Shown here piece after piece: positions 1 to 10,104 of a DNA stretch of 64,000 nucleotides. The first letter of the stretch is position 1. Every line of letters starts with the position of its first letter. A program made the translations under genes and the position numbers. The notes beneath the pieces are model-generated. The model did no database searches and was not told where the DNA came from. It worked only from the letters and a program-made list of their open reading frames with translations. Source of the DNA: an uncultured bacterium (lineage in GTDB: Bacteria; Oederibacteriota; JAAXVQ01; JAUVAV01); the NCBI GenBank assembly GCA_963710755.1, contig CAVQBK010000007.1, forward strand, positions 76,796 through 140,795. Direction: 5' to 3'.

Positions 1-907
1 GTGCTTGGTCACTGGTGTGGGGAAAAGCATGGAGCAGGTGATAGGCGAAGTCCCGCCAGTATAGCTGGCGGGAAAACGCGTTGATGCTATCGCCCACGTT
101 GACGGAAGTCTGGGGTTTTTCTTGGTTAGCCACCTCATGCCAGAGGCTGCGCATGCTGATCTCGCCGAAATGCAAATGGGGTGACAAGCGTGAGGTGGCC
201 AAAATGGATGGGAAATCATGATCTTTGGCGTAAAGACACAGGCCTTGCCGGAGGAAACGGTTCAATTGCTTTCGGGCGCCGCGGCTGCCTGGCATCCAGT
301 ACGGCTGCAGACTGGGCCCCCTGGAAGGGGTCAACAGCCTAAGTTGGTCCAACTTGAGCCCCGAGGGCCAGCGCCCGGGTGCAGTCAGTATCCTTGGTTT
401 GGGTGAGGGCTGAGGCAGAGATCCAAGGGCCAGGGCTTTGCGCCAAAAAGGGGTAAAGACTTTAAAGGGTGTGCCTTGAGCGGTGCTCAAGCTTTTCGGA
501 GGGTGAAACAAGACATCATGAAAGCCCTGACACTGCCAGCCGGAAGCGCGCAAGCTTGTGACGAGCCGTTCATCAGCCTGTTGATCCAGCGGGTGGTAAC
601 GGTAGGTGAATAAAAGTGTTTTGCTGCCGGTGTTGGTGGATAGGGTTTTTAGAATTTTTAAAGGCTGGCCTTGAAACAGAAGCAGCCGCGAACCCATGGC
701 TAAAAGGTCCTCAGCCAAAGCCTGCAGGCTATGGTGGAGCCACCAGCGCGAGGCCGGACCAGGTGACCAGGGATCATGACCATTGACCGTCCAAATGAAA
801 AGCGGGATCACCGGCCGGCCCGTAGCCCGGCTGGCCAGCAAAGCCTGATGGTCGCTGACCCTCAGATCCTGGCGAAACCATAATAACGCAGGGGTCTTGT
901 CAGCCAT
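1..907 (-). CDS. phrB: Deoxyribodipyrimidine photolyase, 3' end runs off the window
   Basis: Not in the ORF track because it is truncated. Manual translation from ATG at 907 gives MADKTPALLWFRQDLRVSDHQAL...FKVFTPFW...TSRLSPHLHFGEIS...RQLYWRDFAYHLL, the classic photolyase motifs. Start overlaps the ybgA stop. Confidence 0.93.
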   Translation of the reverse strand, partial: MADKTPALLWFRQDLRVSDHQALLASRATGRPVIPLFIWTVNGHDPWSPGPASRWWLHHSLQALAEDLLAMGSRLLLFQGQPLKILKTLSTNTGSKTLLFTYRYHPLDQQADERLVTSLRASGWQCQGFHDVLFHPPKSLSTAQGTPFKVFTPFWRKALALGSLPQPSPKPRILTAPGRWPSGLKLDQLRLLTPSRGPSLQPYWMPGSRGARKQLNRFLRQGLCLYAKDHDFPSILATSRLSPHLHFGEISMRSLWHEVANQEKPQTSVNVGDSINAFSRQLYWRDFAYHLLHAFPHTSDQA

Positions 908-1865
908 GGTTACGTAACATCAATTCTTTAGGATGAGGGTTTAAATAGGACTGATCCAGTAAATAAGTAACTTCGTATTTCTGAAGATAATGTTTGAGCA
1001 ATGTCAAGGGGACTACTAAGGGAATCAGCTGCTGGTGATAATCATCGATGACCGCCAATAGTGAGGCCTTGTCATCAGCAGATAACTCTTTTTTTAGATA
1101 ACCCAGCATATGGGTGAGTACATTGGTGTGTTTTTTGACGGTGGCTTTTAGCTCCAAGGCTTCCATAAAGAGGCTGCTATAGGCGGTTTGGAAGGTCTGG
1201 GGCGTATGCGTTTTAACGGACGCCACCAGGCTGCCCAATTTTTGATAATGGCTGGGACTGTGGCTCATGAGCAGAAGTTTTTGGCGGGTATGAAAGGCCA
1301 CAACCACGCCGCGGGTGAAGGGCTGGTGCCATAACTGTTGCAAACGGTGATAGGCAAAGATGCGCTCGATGAAATTTTCCCTTAAGACCGGATCATGGAG
1401 GCGGCCTTCGTCCTCCACCGGGATCAGAGGAAAGCGTTCCATGAATTGGCGGGCAAACAGACCGGGGCCTTTGGCCGCCACCTGGCCGGCGTTATTATAG
1501 ATCTTGACCCGGTCCATGCCCGAACTGGGCGACTTGCTCTTGAAGATAAACCCGTCCAGGTTGACCAGACCATCTAGTCGTCGGGTGGCGTAAGCCAGCA
1601 TGGCGTCAGTCCAATCGTGGCCGCTGCGAATGCCTTTCAGCCGGGAATGGTCGGCGGCGCCCACCAGACGTACCGCCTCCCTGGGGATGCCCATACCCAC
1701 TTCCACTTCCGGGCAAACGGGTACCCAGTCCACATAGGGACCCAACGTATCAGTGAGATAAGGATCCCACTTATGGCCGCCGTCATAGCGGACCTTTTCA
1801 CCCAGCAGACAGGCACTGATGCCGAGCGTGATTTTTTCGGAAACAGCATCACCAAGACCGTTCAT
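900..1865 (-). CDS. ybgA: YbgA family protein (DUF523 + DUF1722)
   Basis: GISACLLGEKVRYDGGH, VCPEVEVGMGIPRE, KSKSPSSG, EDEGRL and NPHPKELMLRNH motifs. AGGAGG RBS. Typical position upstream of photolyase. Confidence 0.92.
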   Translation of the reverse strand: MNGLGDAVSEKITLGISACLLGEKVRYDGGHKWDPYLTDTLGPYVDWVPVCPEVEVGMGIPREAVRLVGAADHSRLKGIRSGHDWTDAMLAYATRRLDGLVNLDGFIFKSKSPSSGMDRVKIYNNAGQVAAKGPGLFARQFMERFPLIPVEDEGRLHDPVLRENFIERIFAYHRLQQLWHQPFTRGVVVAFHTRQKLLLMSHSPSHYQKLGSLVASVKTHTPQTFQTAYSSLFMEALELKATVKKHTNVLTHMLGYLKKELSADDKASLLAVIDDYHQQLIPLVVPLTLLKHYLQKYEVTYLLDQSYLNPHPKELMLRNHG

Positions 1866-2188
1866 GACTAATCCTCCTGGAGTCAGTCATCACGATGGCC
1901 ACATTATGAGCTAAGGCCTGGTCAAAGGCAATAGGCAGTATGCAATTGACACCCGGGAAGGGTAATGGTAATTTCAACTGAGCCGGGAAGAAGTGGACGA
2001 TAAGCATGACATGACCAAAAAAATCAAATGGGCATACCCGGGCCTTATGCCTACCCTTTGAAGGACAAGGGGTAGGCAGTTGTTGCCCGCGAGACGGCCG
2101 AGGCGGAGTAGAGGTGGAAAAAATCTTTATTGTCAAACCAGTTAATTTAAGCTAAAACCTTAAAGAAATAAAATTGAGGAGGATGATC

Positions 2189-2713
2189 ATGAGTGAAGCC
2201 TTTATAGTCGATGCTTTGAAAACTGCTCTGGATTTCGAAGAAAAAGGCCGTAATTTTTATACCAAGACCGCGGCAACGGTGACCGATCCGCTGAGTCAAA
2301 AGTTGTTTCAGACGCTGGCCTCCGATGAAGTCAAACATGCTGAAAAAATTAATGCCATTTATCAAGCTTTGTCCAAAGATCAACCGCTGCCCGAGGGCAA
2401 TCCCGTACATCAAGCCCATTTGGAAGAACATGTGAAAGCCTTTTTTGAAGACCACAAAAGCGCCTTGAGCAAAGGCGCAAGCAATCTGGAAGGCTACGAG
2501 TTTGCCATGGAAATGGAAAAAACCGGTATTGACATGTATGAGAAATTTGCCGGCCAAACAGAGCATGAAGGCGAACGGACCTTTTACCAATTCCTAATTA
2601 AAGAAGAACGGGAACATCTGGAAGCTCTGAAAAATGTTTATTTTTTCCTTACCGATTCGGGAGACTGGTTGCAGGAAGACGAAAGCAAGCACTGGAATTG
2701 GATGAACCTTTAA
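2189..2713 (+). CDS. Ferritin-like / rubrerythrin-family diiron protein
   Basis: Repeated diiron motifs ALDFEEKG..FY, LASDEVKH, AMEMEKTG..Y, LIKEEREH. GAGGAGG RBS before ATG 2189. Confidence 0.88.
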   Translation: MSEAFIVDALKTALDFEEKGRNFYTKTAATVTDPLSQKLFQTLASDEVKHAEKINAIYQALSKDQPLPEGNPVHQAHLEEHVKAFFEDHKSALSKGASNLEGYEFAMEMEKTGIDMYEKFAGQTEHEGERTFYQFLIKEEREHLEALKNVYFFLTDSGDWLQEDESKHWNWMNL

Positions 2714-2770
2714 TTTCAATCATGATCTGCTATCAACATCGATGCTGTTTACCAAAAATCAGAGGACTGT

Positions 2771-3337
2771 ATGCCTGAACCGGGAAGACCGAAAAAACAA
2801 ACCATCTATACTGTGGGGCACGGGGAGCGTTCCTATAGTGAATTGCTCTCGCTCCTGCGCAAAGAGGGCATACAAATTTTAGCGGACATCCGGTCCGTGG
2901 TGCGGGTGAAAAATGCGACCCATTTCAGCAAGGATTACTTGGCTGACAAATTGCCCACCAGCGGCATTACTTATCACCACTTGAAGGATTTGGGCGCCCG
3001 GGGCCGCAAAAGTCTGCGCCGATCTCCCAACACCGGGCTATCCAAAGCTCAGCAAGGCTATGCGGACTATATGCTGACCGAGGAATTTGAACGTGCCCTG
3101 ATGCAGCTGCTGGCCCTGTCTTCCATTGGCCTGGTGGCGATACTCAGCGCTGAAAAGGACCCCGGTTCCGGGCATCAGCGTTTTCTGTCAGACGCCTTGG
3201 CTGCCCGGGGGGTCAAGGTGATCCACCTTATTGACATGGATACCAAACTTGAACATCATCTCCCGGCCAGGATTGAAATAAAAAAAAATAAAATCATCTA
3301 TCCCGCCCCAGGGGAGCAACTAAGCCTGTTCGATTAA
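2771..3337 (+). CDS. DUF488 family protein (Cys motif degenerate)
   Basis: IYTVGHG, ILADIRS, GITYHHLKDLG, YADYMLTEEF, LSAE and VIHL follow the DUF488 pattern. Confidence 0.8.
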   Translation: MPEPGRPKKQTIYTVGHGERSYSELLSLLRKEGIQILADIRSVVRVKNATHFSKDYLADKLPTSGITYHHLKDLGARGRKSLRRSPNTGLSKAQQGYADYMLTEEFERALMQLLALSSIGLVAILSAEKDPGSGHQRFLSDALAARGVKVIHLIDMDTKLEHHLPARIEIKKNKIIYPAPGEQLSLFD

Positions 3338-3413
3338 CATTGTCCTTTTTAATTTTCACTCAACTTTGCCGGTGCAAGCCGCCGGCGTCCAGTCCCAAAG
3401 GAGCGCGTTGCCG

Positions 3414-4793
3414 ATGCCCGAGGAGATGGTATTTAATATCGAGTTGCAGCTTCAGACCCTAACCGATCTGTTGGAGAAAAATGACGGCAAGGCCATTCAT
3501 CGTCTCCTGGCGGCCATGGATCCTACCGATGCCGCCGGTCTGGCCGGCCTTTTAAAGGACCACGATCAGCTAAAACTATTTGAACTGCTTAAAAGTGATC
3601 AGGCTGCTGAGATTGTGGAGGTCATGCTGTCCCACGATCAAACCTCCTTGGTGGCCGGTCTGCGTCCTGAAATTGCCTCCGACATAATTGAAAAGATGGA
3701 CTCCGACGATGCGGCCGACGTGCTGGGGGATTTGCCGGCCGACAAGCGGGATGCCATTTATGCGGAGATGAAACCCGCTCATGCTGACAAGACCAGGACC
3801 CTGGTGGCTTACGCTCAGGATACGGCCGGCGGGATGATGGCCACGGAGTTTATCGCCCTTAAGGAAACGCTGACCGTGCAAAGGGCATTGCAAGTTTTAC
3901 GGGCTGAATATAAACGCCTGGGCGATGAGCGGGCTACCTATGTTTATACGGTAGACCAGCAAGGCGTGCTGACCGGCGTGCTGCAATTGCGTCATCTGGT
4001 GACCCATCCCTCCACCGAGCGAATCAATCAAATTAAGGTTCCGGAGGTTAAATTTGTAACCACCAATGTGAGTAAATACGAAGTGGCCAAACTATTCCGG
4101 CGCTATAAATATTTGGCCCTGCCGGTCGTGGACGGCTTCATGAAATTGGTGGGGGTCATCACCGCCGATGACGTGGTGGATTTGATTACCGAATTGTCCA
4201 CTGAAGAAATGCTCAAAATTCAAGGAGTAAGCACAGAGGAATCGCGTACACAACCGGTCATCAAAATGGCCAGACGCCGTGTGTCCTGGCTTTCCATTAA
4301 CATTTTTCTTAATGTGCTGGCGGCGTCAGTCATTGCTTTTTATTCGGACACACTCAAGGCGGTGATTGCCTTGGCCGCTTTTCTCCCCATCATTTCTGAT
4401 ATGAGCGGTGTGTCGGGCATGCAGGCCGTGGCGGTTTCTATACGTGATCTGGCCCTGGATCGAACCAATCCAAAGGAGTTGTGGAAGGTACTGTGGAAGG
4501 AAAGCCGAATCGGCCTGCTCAATGGATTTATCCTGGGCATTGAGGTGGGGGTTATTGCTTATTTGTGGAAAGGCATGCCTTATCTGGGGTTGATTGTAGC
4601 GGTGAGTCTCTGGTTTAATACCATCTTGGCCGTTTGTTTGGGCAGCAGTTTACCCCTTCTTCTGAAGCGGTTTAATATGGATCCGGCCATTGCCTCCGGT
4701 CCGATTTTAACCACGGTCACCGATTTGATGGGCTTTTTCATTGTCTTAACGACCGCCACGCACATGTTGCCTCTGTTGACCACCTCGCCTTAG
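3414..4793 (+). CDS. mgtE: Magnesium transporter MgtE
   Basis: MDSDDAAD, TAGGMMATEF, CBS pair (LALPVVD...GVITADD), DPAIASGPILTTVTD. Start uncertain (3408/3414 after AAGGAG). Confidence 0.95.
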   Translation: MPEEMVFNIELQLQTLTDLLEKNDGKAIHRLLAAMDPTDAAGLAGLLKDHDQLKLFELLKSDQAAEIVEVMLSHDQTSLVAGLRPEIASDIIEKMDSDDAADVLGDLPADKRDAIYAEMKPAHADKTRTLVAYAQDTAGGMMATEFIALKETLTVQRALQVLRAEYKRLGDERATYVYTVDQQGVLTGVLQLRHLVTHPSTERINQIKVPEVKFVTTNVSKYEVAKLFRRYKYLALPVVDGFMKLVGVITADDVVDLITELSTEEMLKIQGVSTEESRTQPVIKMARRRVSWLSINIFLNVLAASVIAFYSDTLKAVIALAAFLPIISDMSGVSGMQAVAVSIRDLALDRTNPKELWKVLWKESRIGLLNGFILGIEVGVIAYLWKGMPYLGLIVAVSLWFNTILAVCLGSSLPLLLKRFNMDPAIASGPILTTVTDLMGFFIVLTTATHMLPLLTTSP

Positions 4794-4911
4794 GATGAGG
4801 GGGTGCAATGCTTAGCTGCGGTGAAAAACCGCTAAGAACCCTCCCGTTACTGAAAGGGAGACGATTGGATTTTATTAACCGGCGTATTGGAGAACTGTTC
4901 CAGGAGCGAAT

Positions 4912-5811
4912 ATGTCCCGCGATGAACGGCAAAAAAAAATAAACACCGTTACTCTTGTCGGTTCCGGTATAAATATTGGGCTGGCCATACTCAAGGGTAT
5001 TTTTGGCTTCCTGATCGGTTCCGTCGGGTTGGTGGCCGATGCTTTCCACTCCCTCAGCGACTTGGCCACAGATATTGTGGTATTGATAGGCACCAAACTT
5101 GGAGCCCGGCCGGCGGATAAAAATCATCCTTTTGGCCACGGAAAATTGGAAACGTTTAGTACCATGATCGTAGCTTTGGTGCTGATAGCCGTGGGTGTGG
5201 TCCTGGTGCTGGAAGGATACAAACGTTTAAGTATTCCCCATGAAGCCCAAAGCGGCCAATGGTTTATTTTGGCAGTTGCCGGGTTTTCGGTATTGATGAA
5301 AGAATGGCTTTATCAGCGGACCATGACCATTTCCCGGATTACCCACAGCACGGCTCTGGTGGCCAATGCCTGGCATCACCGCAGCGATGCGCTGTCCTCA
5401 GTGGCCGTCATGCTGGGCGCGGTGGCCATGGCTCTGGGGTGGCCTTACGGAGACCAAAGTGCCGGTATCATTGTGGGACTCATGGTGAGTTATGCGGGCC
5501 TTAAAATATTATACAATGTGGTCAATGAATTGGGGGAATCGGCGGTGGACGATAAAACCCGCCAACGTATTGAGGATATCCTGGCCGAACAAAAAGAAGT
5601 GCATTCCTACCATCGTCTGCGTACCCGCCGCAGCGGGCATGTGGTCATGATGGATATTCACATCCTGGTCGATCCCCGCCTTTCCCTGATTGAAAGCCAT
5701 AATATTTCCAAACGGCTCGAACAAGCCATGAATCAGCGCCTCGATTTTCCCGTCAATATCACGGTGCATGTGGAACCGGATATTCCTTCCGAAAAAAACA
5801 AACCTAATTAG
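4912..5811 (+). CDS. Cation diffusion facilitator family transporter
   Basis: ADAFHSLSD, HPFGHGKLE, NAWHHRSD and a C-terminal VHVEP dimerisation domain. Confidence 0.95.
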   Translation: MSRDERQKKINTVTLVGSGINIGLAILKGIFGFLIGSVGLVADAFHSLSDLATDIVVLIGTKLGARPADKNHPFGHGKLETFSTMIVALVLIAVGVVLVLEGYKRLSIPHEAQSGQWFILAVAGFSVLMKEWLYQRTMTISRITHSTALVANAWHHRSDALSSVAVMLGAVAMALGWPYGDQSAGIIVGLMVSYAGLKILYNVVNELGESAVDDKTRQRIEDILAEQKEVHSYHRLRTRRSGHVVMMDIHILVDPRLSLIESHNISKRLEQAMNQRLDFPVNITVHVEPDIPSEKNKPN

Positions 5812-5860
5812 GTCTAGTTACATAAATACAGTAAAAGGGACTGTAACAATATAAGCCGCA

Positions 5861-6068
5861 GATGGGGTGTCGGCATGCAACTATTCACATCACGGTATAA
5901 ATTGTATTTTCCATTGGAGGATGAGCTTGTTAAAGAATTAAAGCGTGAACGTTTTTTGCTGCAATCGACCTTATAAACCAACACCAGCTCCGGTCGACAT
6001 TTCGGAGCGCCCTTCGCAGGTACCCGAAAACCAAGGCGTTGATAGTTTCATGCCTGGCAGGTCTTTTT
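5861..6068 (+). ncRNA. Candidate structured ncRNA (~200 nt, ends paired, possibly 6S-like)
   Basis: GGCATGCAACTAT (5872-5884) is complementary to ATAGTTTCATGCC (6042-6054) with one mismatch, extendable by G-U pairs. Internal stems are present and a T-run follows. Lies between convergent genes. Confidence 0.35.
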
Positions 6069-6089
6069 TACTCTGGAGATTCGGTGATT

Positions 6090-6647
6090 CTATTTTTTAT
6101 CCCGACTGACATACCAGATCCGTTTTTGATTATTGCTGAAATCAGTATTAACCTTGATGTTTTTAACACCTGTCAAATCCAATAGGCCGACTAAATAAGC
6201 TGATACCATAGGCAAGAATGACTTAGGGATATGGGGATAATCCAATAAAATAAATTCAGCAGAAAATTTATCCCGATGCTCAATGCACTGGACATGACCA
6301 ACGGAATGGATGGTGCTCCACACTTTGGCTGCCTGACTGATCACGAATTCAGGGGTGGCAAAACGCAAAATGACTTTATACACCCCATTCATTTGATCTT
6401 GTGCCATATCATAATTATATTGCCATAGGGCCTTTTCAAGTGACAATTTTGGGTATAACAAAGGTGCAGCGGAATGCACCAGTTTGATGGCAAAGTCGAT
6501 AGGGATTTTTGAAATATGAATAACACGATTAAACCGTTTTTGTTCATCCGGCGACAATTGTTTTAAAAAGGTGGCCAAAATATCGGGTCCTTTGGCCTTT
6601 AATTGACTGCGCAAATAAACAACACCGGTGCCTTTAACCTCACCCAT
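6090..6647 (-). CDS. Hypothetical protein, DUF2378/TIGR02265-like
   Basis: AGGAGG RBS before MGEVKGTG. The pattern VKGT...LSPDEQ...YKVILRFATPEFVISQAAKVW resembles this family by recall only. Confidence 0.55.
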   Translation of the reverse strand: MGEVKGTGVVYLRSQLKAKGPDILATFLKQLSPDEQKRFNRVIHISKIPIDFAIKLVHSAAPLLYPKLSLEKALWQYNYDMAQDQMNGVYKVILRFATPEFVISQAAKVWSTIHSVGHVQCIEHRDKFSAEFILLDYPHIPKSFLPMVSAYLVGLLDLTGVKNIKVNTDFSNNQKRIWYVSRDKK

Positions 6648-6801
6648 GATTGGCCTCCTGACGGTCTGCTCACGGCATGGGTATAGTTTCGGATTGATTT
6701 TGATGGATTGAAGGCGGTGGCAAATGAAAAAAACGCCCATAATGCTTGCGGATGAGAGCAATCCCCGGGAGTTAACCAACGAAGGTAGGAAGCTATGATC
6801 A

Positions 6802-7866
6802 TCAATGACGGATGGTTAGCTTCAGACCCTTTTTAACGTTCACATCAAGCTGGCCGGATTTTTCGGTGACCAAGCCTTTTAACTGAAAACGCGCCTTTAC
6901 ATTGAGGGTATTACCCTCCACAGTGCTACTGGTGGTGCCGGTTAATGCTAATTTGGGAAAGCCGAAACCATGATATTGAGCCTGCAGGACCAGGGCTTCC
7001 TGTTGGTCGGCGTGGGTTATCTTTATCGGTTCTTGCGCAGCCCCCAGGTCGAGGCGGACAAAAGCGATGGCGCCCGGATCGGGGATTTTTTTCTTGATCA
7101 CTTTAAAGTAGGGTGTGGCCAGAAGGAAAAAAACAGTTAACAGCAACAGCGAAAGTCCCAGTATGAAAAAAGCCATCATTCGTTTAAATGGCGAGACAAC
7201 AGGACCAGGCTTGCCCGGTGAGGTGTTGGGGAGCAGGCGGTCCAGGACCAGGGCCGGCAGATAAGTTAAGCCGCCGGCCCATAGCACATCGGAAGCAAAA
7301 TGGGCGCCTTGCGCCATGCGGGCGATGCCCATCAACGTGCCAAAACCAAAGCCGGTCACCAACCAGAAGGTTTTTCTTTTTTTGTCCGTTAAGGCCAGGG
7401 CCACCAGCAGGAATCCTACGGAAGCGTGACCACAGGGGAAGCTCTTTCCCCGGCCGGGCAGACCGGGCTGATAGATACGGTGAAAAGTCTGCTGACCTCC
7501 GAATTGCGTCACATCACGGGGCCGGGGCCGGCCCCAATAGCCTTTGCCCAGGACATTGATCAACAAGCCAGGACCCACCAGCAGGGTTAGAAGGATCAAG
7601 GCTGCTGCCCGGCGCCGGGGAATGAAGCGCGGCCAAATCCAGGAACCAAGGAATACCACCAGGCCGCCTATGCCCAGCAGCAAGCCGGGAAGAGTGCCGT
7701 AGTGATACAACCAGGACCAGGGTGGCTGGTCGCCGTAGGGCCAACCGTTGTGGTAAAACCAGGACGCCATGGTGAGATCGAGGTTGGTGATCGCAAAAGG
7801 TACGGTAAACACCAGCAACAGGAGTGAAGGTAACCAAAGCGATTTTAAGATGGATTTAAGCTGCAT
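6802..7866 (-). CDS. PAP2-family membrane phosphatase (lipid A phosphatase-like) with C-terminal soluble domain
   Basis: KGYWGRPRP, SFPCGH and RMAQGAHFASD are the three PAP2 motifs. Several TM helices. Confidence 0.88.
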   Translation of the reverse strand: MQLKSILKSLWLPSLLLLVFTVPFAITNLDLTMASWFYHNGWPYGDQPPWSWLYHYGTLPGLLLGIGGLVVFLGSWIWPRFIPRRRAAALILLTLLVGPGLLINVLGKGYWGRPRPRDVTQFGGQQTFHRIYQPGLPGRGKSFPCGHASVGFLLVALALTDKKRKTFWLVTGFGFGTLMGIARMAQGAHFASDVLWAGGLTYLPALVLDRLLPNTSPGKPGPVVSPFKRMMAFFILGLSLLLLTVFFLLATPYFKVIKKKIPDPGAIAFVRLDLGAAQEPIKITHADQQEALVLQAQYHGFGFPKLALTGTTSSTVEGNTLNVKARFQLKGLVTEKSGQLDVNVKKGLKLTIRH

Positions 7867-7896
7867 ATAGCCTGCCTGGGAAAGGAATTGAGCAAG

Positions 7897-7925
7897 ATCA
7901 TAATCGAGTTTGACTGTGGGATCAA
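7897..7925 (-). promoter_or_regulatory. Putative sigma70 promoter of the PAP2 gene
   Basis: Minus strand TTGATC-17nt-TATGAT about 30 nt upstream of the start. Confidence 0.45.
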
Positions 7926-7974
7926 TTAAAAAGTCCCGGCATTAAGATCTCGGACGCAATCGGTTGCGTCCTTC

Positions 7975-10092
7975 TTAAAAATGAAACCGGCCTTTAAGAA
8001 ACACCTGGTCATTATTTTTCAACAGGAAAGCGTCGGCTTCTTCCGGGGCCATGATGTAAAACCATCCCAGTTCAAAATCGAGACTGCCCGATTGGTGCCA
8101 GATAAATTCCGGCCGCAGTACCAGGGCATTGTCTTCCAAGTTGTAGGCGGCGTTCATCTTCATGGTATAACTGTCGCGCAGAATGTCCCAGGAAATACTG
8201 CCGGCCACATCCTGCTGTGCATCTTTTGCCGCCACCAGCGGTTGGTCGTTGTCCAGAATGATAGCGTGGGAAAATAAAAGATTAATATAAAAATTTTCCC
8301 ATACGTGATAATCAGCACCAACCACATACTGAACTTCGTTTTTAGACACCACCGCTAAGTCTGCCTGTTGCTGGAAATGACGGTTCTCAAAATAGGCTAC
8401 TTCTGCCCTTAGCCCCACGCTACCAACTGCGGCTTCCATGTCCAGGCCGTACAATTTAAACCGATGGTAAGTGAGGTCATAGGTGAGGTCACTGCCATTG
8501 AGGGTGTCGAAAAAAGCAGGCGTCACGGTGGCGAGTAAAAGCGGTAATTGCCTGGGATCGAGCAATACCGGCAACACAGCGGCACCGTTGGGCGTGCGTG
8601 GTTGAAGCAAGGGGATTTTATCATACCCATAGTAATAACACAGGCCAACATCGAAACCGGGGAAACTTTTAGTGAGGCGCAGTCCGCTGTCACCTTTATC
8701 CCAAAAACTGCCGGCCGGTTCCTGCTGCATGAAAGACAATCTTTCTAATGGGGCACCGTGCGGTGCCAACTGTCCGATCAGATGGTCAACGGCATGATCG
8801 GTCAGGGCCCAGTCGGAATCGCGGTAAATAATGAGCGAGGGTATGAACCAGGGCGCATAAATGCCTTCCAGATTGAAAAAATCATTGAACCAGGTAACGC
8901 GCACCAGGGGAATAGGTATTTTGCGTTCCGGCCGGTCATTGAGCAGATACTCCGTCAAATCTTCGGGGTTGATGACATCGAGCGGAGATATTTCATCGGT
9001 CCGTCCCCAACGCACCGTCTGATAACCCACCCCTACCCGCAGGAAATCACCGACCAGGTTAAGGTAGCTCTCGGCCGGGCGCATATCGGAGAGCGTATAC
9101 AGGCCGGGATCGTATTCCTCAATGTAGCGAAAGCGCACCCCCGCCTTGATGAAATTTTGCATGCCCCAGCCGTATTTTGCCCCCACCACCATCAGGGTGC
9201 GAATGTCGCGGGAAGACTCGAAAGCATTGTCTTTGCTGACATCACGGGCATATTTAATGGTCAGATCGGTTTTGAATTGTAAATGATCCACCAAATGATT
9301 CAGCGTCTGTGCAAATACCACCCCCGGTTTGGGGGCCACCACGATGGTGTTGTCTTCGGTGAAAACTTTGTAGGATGACGCCTGGGCCTCGCTGAAATTG
9401 ACGATAACCTTGACCTTGCTTCTGGTCCGTTGCAGCTGAACGCTGTCCAGGACATCATCCTGAATGCTGAGGTTGGGTTTGACCTGCCGTGAGAGCCTGA
9501 TATTGGGAAGTTCAATCACCATGCGGTTGCGATCAGGGGCATAAAAAAGTTTGAGGTTTCGGACTGGAGCCAGGCACTGAATAGTCAGCAAAGCGGACAG
9601 GGTATTGGTGACGGTCAAACCGGTGATTAGATTGCGCTGCACTGACGGGGTGGTGGGCTGCCAGGAAATGATCAGTCGCGAGCCCCGGGGGCGGGCTGAA
9701 AAGTGAATTGTCTGGCCGGTATGAACCGTCAAATCCAGTACGGTGGTGTTGCCGCGGGAGACAAGCGTCAGCTGTTGCAGAACCTTGTCCTTGAAGTAAT
9801 GGGGCAGTGTGATTTTAGAGGAATGCCCTATTTTATCAAGGATGAGACGAAAGTGACGGCCCCCTTGCTCCTGCCGGGCATGCAACAAGTTGACAGGCCG
9901 ACGGGTGTAGATTACCAGATAGTTTTGCCCGGGGGTGAACTGAATACGGCGGATGAGATTGCGTGGTTGTGCACCCGCAGCCGGAGCGGGCATTATCAGA
10001 TGAAACAGGATCGCCATCAGCAGCATTGATCCGGCCAAGCGGCTGACAAAGGTGTGCTGGTGTAAAATGACGTTGGCGGTCAGGTTGCGCAA
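7975..10092 (-). CDS. DUF1302-like outer-membrane beta-barrel with N-terminal AMIN-like domains
   Basis: Signal peptide, then AMIN-like repeats (PDRNRMVIELPN, FRLILD). C-terminal half has GYQTVRWGRTDEISPLDVINPEDL and ends in F. Start codon uncertain. Confidence 0.7.
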   Translation of the reverse strand: MRNLTANVILHQHTFVSRLAGSMLLMAILFHLIMPAPAAGAQPRNLIRRIQFTPGQNYLVIYTRRPVNLLHARQEQGGRHFRLILDKIGHSSKITLPHYFKDKVLQQLTLVSRGNTTVLDLTVHTGQTIHFSARPRGSRLIISWQPTTPSVQRNLITGLTVTNTLSALLTIQCLAPVRNLKLFYAPDRNRMVIELPNIRLSRQVKPNLSIQDDVLDSVQLQRTRSKVKVIVNFSEAQASSYKVFTEDNTIVVAPKPGVVFAQTLNHLVDHLQFKTDLTIKYARDVSKDNAFESSRDIRTLMVVGAKYGWGMQNFIKAGVRFRYIEEYDPGLYTLSDMRPAESYLNLVGDFLRVGVGYQTVRWGRTDEISPLDVINPEDLTEYLLNDRPERKIPIPLVRVTWFNDFFNLEGIYAPWFIPSLIIYRDSDWALTDHAVDHLIGQLAPHGAPLERLSFMQQEPAGSFWDKGDSGLRLTKSFPGFDVGLCYYYGYDKIPLLQPRTPNGAAVLPVLLDPRQLPLLLATVTPAFFDTLNGSDLTYDLTYHRFKLYGLDMEAAVGSVGLRAEVAYFENRHFQQQADLAVVSKNEVQYVVGADYHVWENFYINLLFSHAIILDNDQPLVAAKDAQQDVAGSISWDILRDSYTMKMNAAYNLEDNALVLRPEFIWHQSGSLDFELGWFYIMAPEEADAFLLKNNDQVFLKGRFHF

Positions 10093-10104
10093 GGCCTGCT
10101 CCGC

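Noticed and set aside
4794-4911. Metal-sensing riboswitch (yybP-ykoY or NiCo) before the CDF gene
   Set aside because: Stem-loops exist (GCGGT/ACCGC, CTCCC/GGGAG) but none of the conserved riboswitch core sequences are visible.
5861-6068. tmRNA, RNase P, SRP or retron identity for the RNA candidate
   Set aside because: No tRNA-like T-loop/CCA end, no GAGGAAAGTCC, no GGAAGGAAGCAGC loop, and no reverse transcriptase nearby.
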